Origin: a virus
Taxonomy: Duplodnaviria; Caudoviricetes
Length of the DNA stretch: 64,000 bases
IMG/VR virus record: IMGVR_UViG_3300027365_000007
Direction: 5' to 3' (one strand)
Shown here: piece after piece, positions 59,602 to 64,000 of the stretch
Layout: every line of letters starts with the position of its first letter
Numbering within the stretch: position 1 is the stretch's first letter
Program-made: the position numbers and the translations under genes
The notes under the pieces: generated by a model
The model's input: only the letters and a program-made list of their open reading frames with translations
Database searches by the model: none
Told to the model about the DNA's origin: nothing

Positions 59602-60963
59602 TTATTTATATTCTTTCAAAAGATCACGTAAATCTTTGAGGTATAGTTTCTTAGCGGTTTGTTTATTCCACCAGTCTATATCTTTTCTGTGCGCAGCTAT
59701 TTCACGATTCATTTTGTCAATGTTATCTTTGGTCATCGAATATACAGGCATTGAGATTACTTTCTCAATAAGCTCTTCATCATACCCTCTTTTAACCAAT
59801 GTATCCTGAAGCTGTTTACGTGTCACGTTCCTAATATTGATCTTGTTACTCAATACATCGTTAATGAATTCGATCTTTGCTTCTTTTAGACGAATACTAT
59901 TCTTGAGTTTGAATAAATTATGAGAAATGCGCTTGTCATAAAATGTAATCCTGAAATCACAGAATGTTTTTATAATGTCTTCTACCGATTCATACGTATT
60001 AATCTTTATATTTCCGAGATCTTCAGCATCACCACTTTGATCAAAGTCTTCTATCACACTGTAATTTTCAGTAATGGGTTCCGAGAGATTCAATTCTTTT
60101 TCTAGTGTCTTCATATCTATACCACGAGAAGCGTGAATTCTGAAATCAAACACATCAGAGGTGTCGTCGTCATACCGTTTAATCACGCCCTTCTCAACTA
60201 GGGAATCCAAATGACTGACATATTTCTCATGAATATACTTCAGTGGTAGTTCTTTTATACGATAGACATTAAGACGCTCATGTTCTAATACACCTTTACA
60301 GATATACTTTTTCTCACTAACCTGTTCAAACGTTCCATTGAAAGGCTTGAGCTTCGGCATTACACTTAGTGTTTTACCTTTAGAAACGTAATTAATACAT
60401 GATTCAGTGATGTCAACAATGTCACGTGGCAAGATATTTACCGCAAAGCCAACTGCCATTCCTTTAGCACCATTCAACAATATGGTTGGTATGATAGGAA
60501 GATAATAAAGGGGCTCTGGATGATCATCTTTATCCAATGACTGAGGAAGTATATCATTATCTTTAAAAATCTTTTCAAAGTTCTCCCCAAGCTTCACAAA
60601 TATATACCTTGCTGCACCAGCATCTGGTACGGGACGTGTACCAAAGGTTCCTTCATAGTCTAGTAATGGGAGGTTCTGATTAAAATCCTGTGCCATTTTA
60701 ATAATGGCATTCTCAGCAGAAACATTCCCATGGTGGTATGCTGCAACCTTGGCTAATACACCGCCCAAGGATGATAGTTTAGTATACTCTTTAGAACATT
60801 CTTTCATCGAGGTGTAAATTATTTTTCGTTGAACTGGTTTAAAACCATCAATAATACTCGGTATTGCACGTTCATTGTTAGTATAAATCGAATAATCTCT
60901 ATATCGGGTATTGATATAGTCTGTAATTTTCACTATGTCTGTTTTTTTAGTTCGTCTTGCCAT
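59602..60963 (-). CDS. gp52: Type II topoisomerase breakage-reunion subunit (gp52-like)
   Basis: ERAIPSIIDGFKPVQRK, YHHG and the catalytic AARY. Confidence 0.93.
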   Translation of the reverse strand: MARRTKKTDIVKITDYINTRYRDYSIYTNNERAIPSIIDGFKPVQRKIIYTSMKECSKEYTKLSSLGGVLAKVAAYHHGNVSAENAIIKMAQDFNQNLPLLDYEGTFGTRPVPDAGAARYIFVKLGENFEKIFKDNDILPQSLDKDDHPEPLYYLPIIPTILLNGAKGMAVGFAVNILPRDIVDITESCINYVSKGKTLSVMPKLKPFNGTFEQVSEKKYICKGVLEHERLNVYRIKELPLKYIHEKYVSHLDSLVEKGVIKRYDDDTSDVFDFRIHASRGIDMKTLEKELNLSEPITENYSVIEDFDQSGDAEDLGNIKINTYESVEDIIKTFCDFRITFYDKRISHNLFKLKNSIRLKEAKIEFINDVLSNKINIRNVTRKQLQDTLVKRGYDEELIEKVISMPVYSMTKDNIDKMNREIAAHRKDIDWWNKQTAKKLYLKDLRDLLKEYK

Positions 60964-60972
60964 CTGTTTCAA

Positions 60973-62826
60973 TCACTCCAACCATTTCTTACGTAATTTC
61001 GCATCTTCACCAAACACTACATCGAGAATATCATTTGCCCCTTCATCATTCTCTACGACTTCAACGACAGGTTCATCTATAAGATATTTTCGATACTGAT
61101 TGACGCCTAATGAACCTAAACCTTTTAGGTATTTTAATGATTCACCATTTTTAATTTTATATTTCTTGTAATCACTTAAACTATAGAATGACTTCACAAT
61201 CTTAGTACCTTTTCGTATTTCCATAATAGGTGTATATAGAATATGAATAATACCTCTTTCAAATAACTCAGGCCAAAGATTGAAGAAGTTTATCAACTGA
61301 GAGGTAATGCAATAGCCATCCACATCAGCATCCGCTGTAATATATATTTTTCCGTAGTTATGCTTTAACTTACTCGGTGCAGGTTCACCAATTTTCAACC
61401 CAAGGATGGACATAAGCTCTTTACATTCATTGTGTGCCAATATATCCATTTTGTTAATACGAGATACATTCACAAACTTACCTTTTAACGGATACACCCC
61501 ATGATAGTCCATATTACGAACAGTCATGAAGTTTCCTTTTGCACTATCACCTTCTACAATGTAAAGAATATTTTTAGCATTATCTCTCGACTTTGGAGGT
61601 AGATGTTTTGCAACCTTTTCCTTAAGGGCTTTTTTCTGTTCTGCCTGTAGTCTTTTACGCTCTGCACGTTCCGCCTTCATAAGCTGGAATTCTACAATTG
61701 GCATGATAATTTCTTCGGTTTTGAGAACCTTTTGTGCAAGCTTTTCAAAATCTACACTGTCATAAACACCTTCAACCTCAGACTTGTCATTAGTTATACG
61801 TTCTTTTGTCTGTGAATCAAACTTAAGATTAGGGAAATCTCTAGTGAAGTTGATAACAAACAAATGCTGTTTTATTTGCGACGGTACAACATCAATTTTA
61901 TATTTTTTATTAATCGCAGGTCGTAGGTACTTACACAGGCTGTCCATTATATGGTCGATATGCGAACCACCCTTTGATATATTAAGACCATTTACAACAG
62001 ATATGAATCTAAATTCTTCTGTAGTGTTGGGAAGAAAGGCAATCATGCTTTTCTCATCTTTTTCATAAACATTCTTGCTATCGAAATGTTTTAGAAACTC
62101 GGTAGTATCTTTATATGAAATCTTTGTTTCGTTGAATACGAACTCAATTTCTGGGTATATCGCGGCAAGTTTTTCAATTCGATCACGGATAACATCAATA
62201 TGCTCTTGATCAAACGATTGAATACCAAATCGACTGAAGTCCGGTTCGAAATATACTTGTGTGTAATTCTTTTTACTGCGTCCAACTTTAACATCATCTA
62301 CATGGTTATTCTCGCTAGTATGAAGTATTAGCTTCTTAGATCCGTCGCAAGTCTCCCCTACGAACTTTTTAGAGAAGATGCTAACCACTGTCGAGCCAAC
62401 ACCATTCATACCTATGCTTTGTCGTGCATCTTCTATGCTATCGTCAAAGTTAGTACCAGCCTTTGTGTACGTCCACGACATAACCGGGTTCCATACATCA
62501 TTGCCGTCTCGATCTGATACTTTGACTACTGGTATCCCGGTTCCATTGTCCCGAACACGTACATAATCAGCAGTCATATCAATTTCAATTTTATTACTGT
62601 ACTTGAATTTAGTTTTGATTGCCACATCCACAGAGTTATCGATAATTTCATTAACCAATTTCAACAGTCCGGGGATATACTCAATGTCCCTATATTCATT
62701 GATTATGAACTGAGTGTATTTCTCTTTGGATGTTGAACCAATAAACATGTGTGGTCTAAGAAGAACGTGTTCTTCGTCGCTCAAATGTCTTGAAACTTTA
62801 TGATATTGTTTTAATGCTTCACTCAT
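60973..62826 (-). CDS. gp39: Type II topoisomerase ATPase/TOPRIM subunit (gp39+gp60 in one ORF)
   Basis: EIIDNSVD, GMNGVG, VEGDSA, PLKGK and DADVDG. Confidence 0.95.
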   Translation of the reverse strand: MSEALKQYHKVSRHLSDEEHVLLRPHMFIGSTSKEKYTQFIINEYRDIEYIPGLLKLVNEIIDNSVDVAIKTKFKYSNKIEIDMTADYVRVRDNGTGIPVVKVSDRDGNDVWNPVMSWTYTKAGTNFDDSIEDARQSIGMNGVGSTVVSIFSKKFVGETCDGSKKLILHTSENNHVDDVKVGRSKKNYTQVYFEPDFSRFGIQSFDQEHIDVIRDRIEKLAAIYPEIEFVFNETKISYKDTTEFLKHFDSKNVYEKDEKSMIAFLPNTTEEFRFISVVNGLNISKGGSHIDHIMDSLCKYLRPAINKKYKIDVVPSQIKQHLFVINFTRDFPNLKFDSQTKERITNDKSEVEGVYDSVDFEKLAQKVLKTEEIIMPIVEFQLMKAERAERKRLQAEQKKALKEKVAKHLPPKSRDNAKNILYIVEGDSAKGNFMTVRNMDYHGVYPLKGKFVNVSRINKMDILAHNECKELMSILGLKIGEPAPSKLKHNYGKIYITADADVDGYCITSQLINFFNLWPELFERGIIHILYTPIMEIRKGTKIVKSFYSLSDYKKYKIKNGESLKYLKGLGSLGVNQYRKYLIDEPVVEVVENDEGANDILDVVFGEDAKLRKKWLE

Positions 62827-62841
62827 AAGTTTATTCTAACC

Positions 62842-63339
62842 TTAATCTTTTTTATAATTCATTATATTGAGATAAATTTCTTTTTCAGTTTTGTACTCTT
62901 CATATTCAGACATTGGTGTTTCAGTAAGTGAATTGAATTCATCAATGTATACTCTCTGTTTTTTTCCTACCCTTACACCTATAATGTTCTCTTGCACCTC
63001 AACTAATACATATTCTTTGTTTCGGTCTATGCAATATTGCAAGGGCCTATTCTCATATGTATCAATGAGAGAAATTTTATTGTTTTCATATAGTACCTTA
63101 CTACTGTCATCCGTCAAGAGTCCTAGCATATAGGAGCTATTTTTTATCTTTTTAAAACAGCTAGGTACAAACCCATCCTCTACCTCTTCTGTAATAGGTA
63201 GAGGAATTACAAGATGATTTATGACTTCACAGTTTATGATTTCAAATATATGTAAGTCTTTATGAACTGTGCGAACATTCAATTCAAAAAGATCACAGAA
63301 TGTTCGTTTACCGAAAGAACCAAAATAAGAACTGTTCAT
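62842..63339 (-). CDS. Hypothetical protein
   Basis: 165-aa ORF in the operon, with an AGGA RBS. Confidence 0.55.
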   Translation of the reverse strand: MNSSYFGSFGKRTFCDLFELNVRTVHKDLHIFEIINCEVINHLVIPLPITEEVEDGFVPSCFKKIKNSSYMLGLLTDDSSKVLYENNKISLIDTYENRPLQYCIDRNKEYVLVEVQENIIGVRVGKKQRVYIDEFNSLTETPMSEYEEYKTEKEIYLNIMNYKKD

Positions 63340-63351
63340 GATTATCCTTAA

Positions 63352-63819
63352 TTAAAATAAAATATCGCTATCATCCAAACCAGCAGCTTTCAATTTAACG
63401 ATATTTGTAATCTGGAAATGTTTTACCTCTAAAGCCTTAGTTATACTTGTGAATTTATTCCTTACTAAAGCTACCTTGTTGATTAGTAACAATTTTTCAA
63501 TAACATCACTTTCACCGTCAATGTATTTTTCGACATCGCGACTAGATAATGCGCGAGAATAATGTTCTAGGTATTGTTTATAGTGTTTGCTCTTTATTTT
63601 TTTCAACTCAATGTTGAACATTTCTAAAACTGCTTCAATTTCCTGTAGTTGTGAGAAACGCTTATCGGTAATAGCAGGCATCATCCTAGCTAGTTTTTCG
63701 ACATGCCCATCAATACCAAGCTCATTCTTCGCATCATTCGCTTCATTCATGTAGTACTTGTAGAAGTCATCTATCTTCGATTCGTCATTGCTTAAAATAT
63801 CCAACCAGTTCTTACTCAT
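63352..63819 (-). CDS. uvsY: UvsY-like recombination mediator
   Basis: EL.IDG......P.....RF.QLQEIEA.LE......Y...Y.RALSSRD.EKYIDGE. Confidence 0.7.
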   Translation of the reverse strand: MSKNWLDILSNDESKIDDFYKYYMNEANDAKNELGIDGHVEKLARMMPAITDKRFSQLQEIEAVLEMFNIELKKIKSKHYKQYLEHYSRALSSRDVEKYIDGESDVIEKLLLINKVALVRNKFTSITKALEVKHFQITNIVKLKAAGLDDSDILF

Positions 63820-64000
63820 AGTATCCTCTTGTTTTTACGTATCAAATCATGTATATGCGTTTTAGTCAAGTAAAAATGTCTGACCTAAAAGTCTAACCTA
63901 TTTCTTATTATTTCTATATAAAGAAAAAGTAAGAGTTTTAGTTAGAGATAGAGTATTAATATTTAGGTAATAGAAATATCATGATAATGATATTTCATAT

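Noticed and set aside
7-63133. Many 60-180 aa ORFs antisense to or nested in larger genes (e.g. 44679-45209, 45722-46171, 57742-58155)
   Set aside because: They are shadow ORFs of well-supported genes, with no RBS or motifs.
1-64000. Stop-codon reassignment
   Set aside because: Long genes are intact in code 11, and TAA, TGA and TAG all end recognisable genes.
1-64000. CRISPR arrays, tRNA and rRNA genes
   Set aside because: None seen by eye; intergenic gaps are mostly too short. tRNAscan/Infernal were not run.

Overview
This is a 64-kb, AT-rich, gene-dense segment of a large T4-related (jumbo) myophage genome, read in the standard genetic code. It holds baseplate and tail modules (gp6-, gp15-, gp25-, gp5-, gp53-like, PAAR, tail fibres) and replication and recombination genes (PolB, putative clamp, RNase H, topoisomerase II, UvsY, resolvase). 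It also encodes a gp55-type late sigma factor with TATAAATA late promoters, and many host-like accessory genes (bS21, ClpX, ClpS, GroES, Hsp20, GreA-like, lipase, SleB, NUDIX, MoxR/VWA). The standout is the family-B DNA polymerase, which is interrupted three ways. (1) An ORF-less 248-nt group I intron lies in motif B. (2) A naturally split intein at YGD|T has its halves in separate genes, with a free-standing Vsr-like homing endonuclease between them; that endonuclease has its own late promoter and a 30-bp palindrome abutting its ribosome-binding site. (3) A paralogous cis mini-intein is inserted only two residues downstream, at TD|S. A predicted 929-aa polymerase would need RNA splicing, protein trans-splicing and protein cis-splicing. 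All assignments come from motif recognition by eye; no database searches were run.
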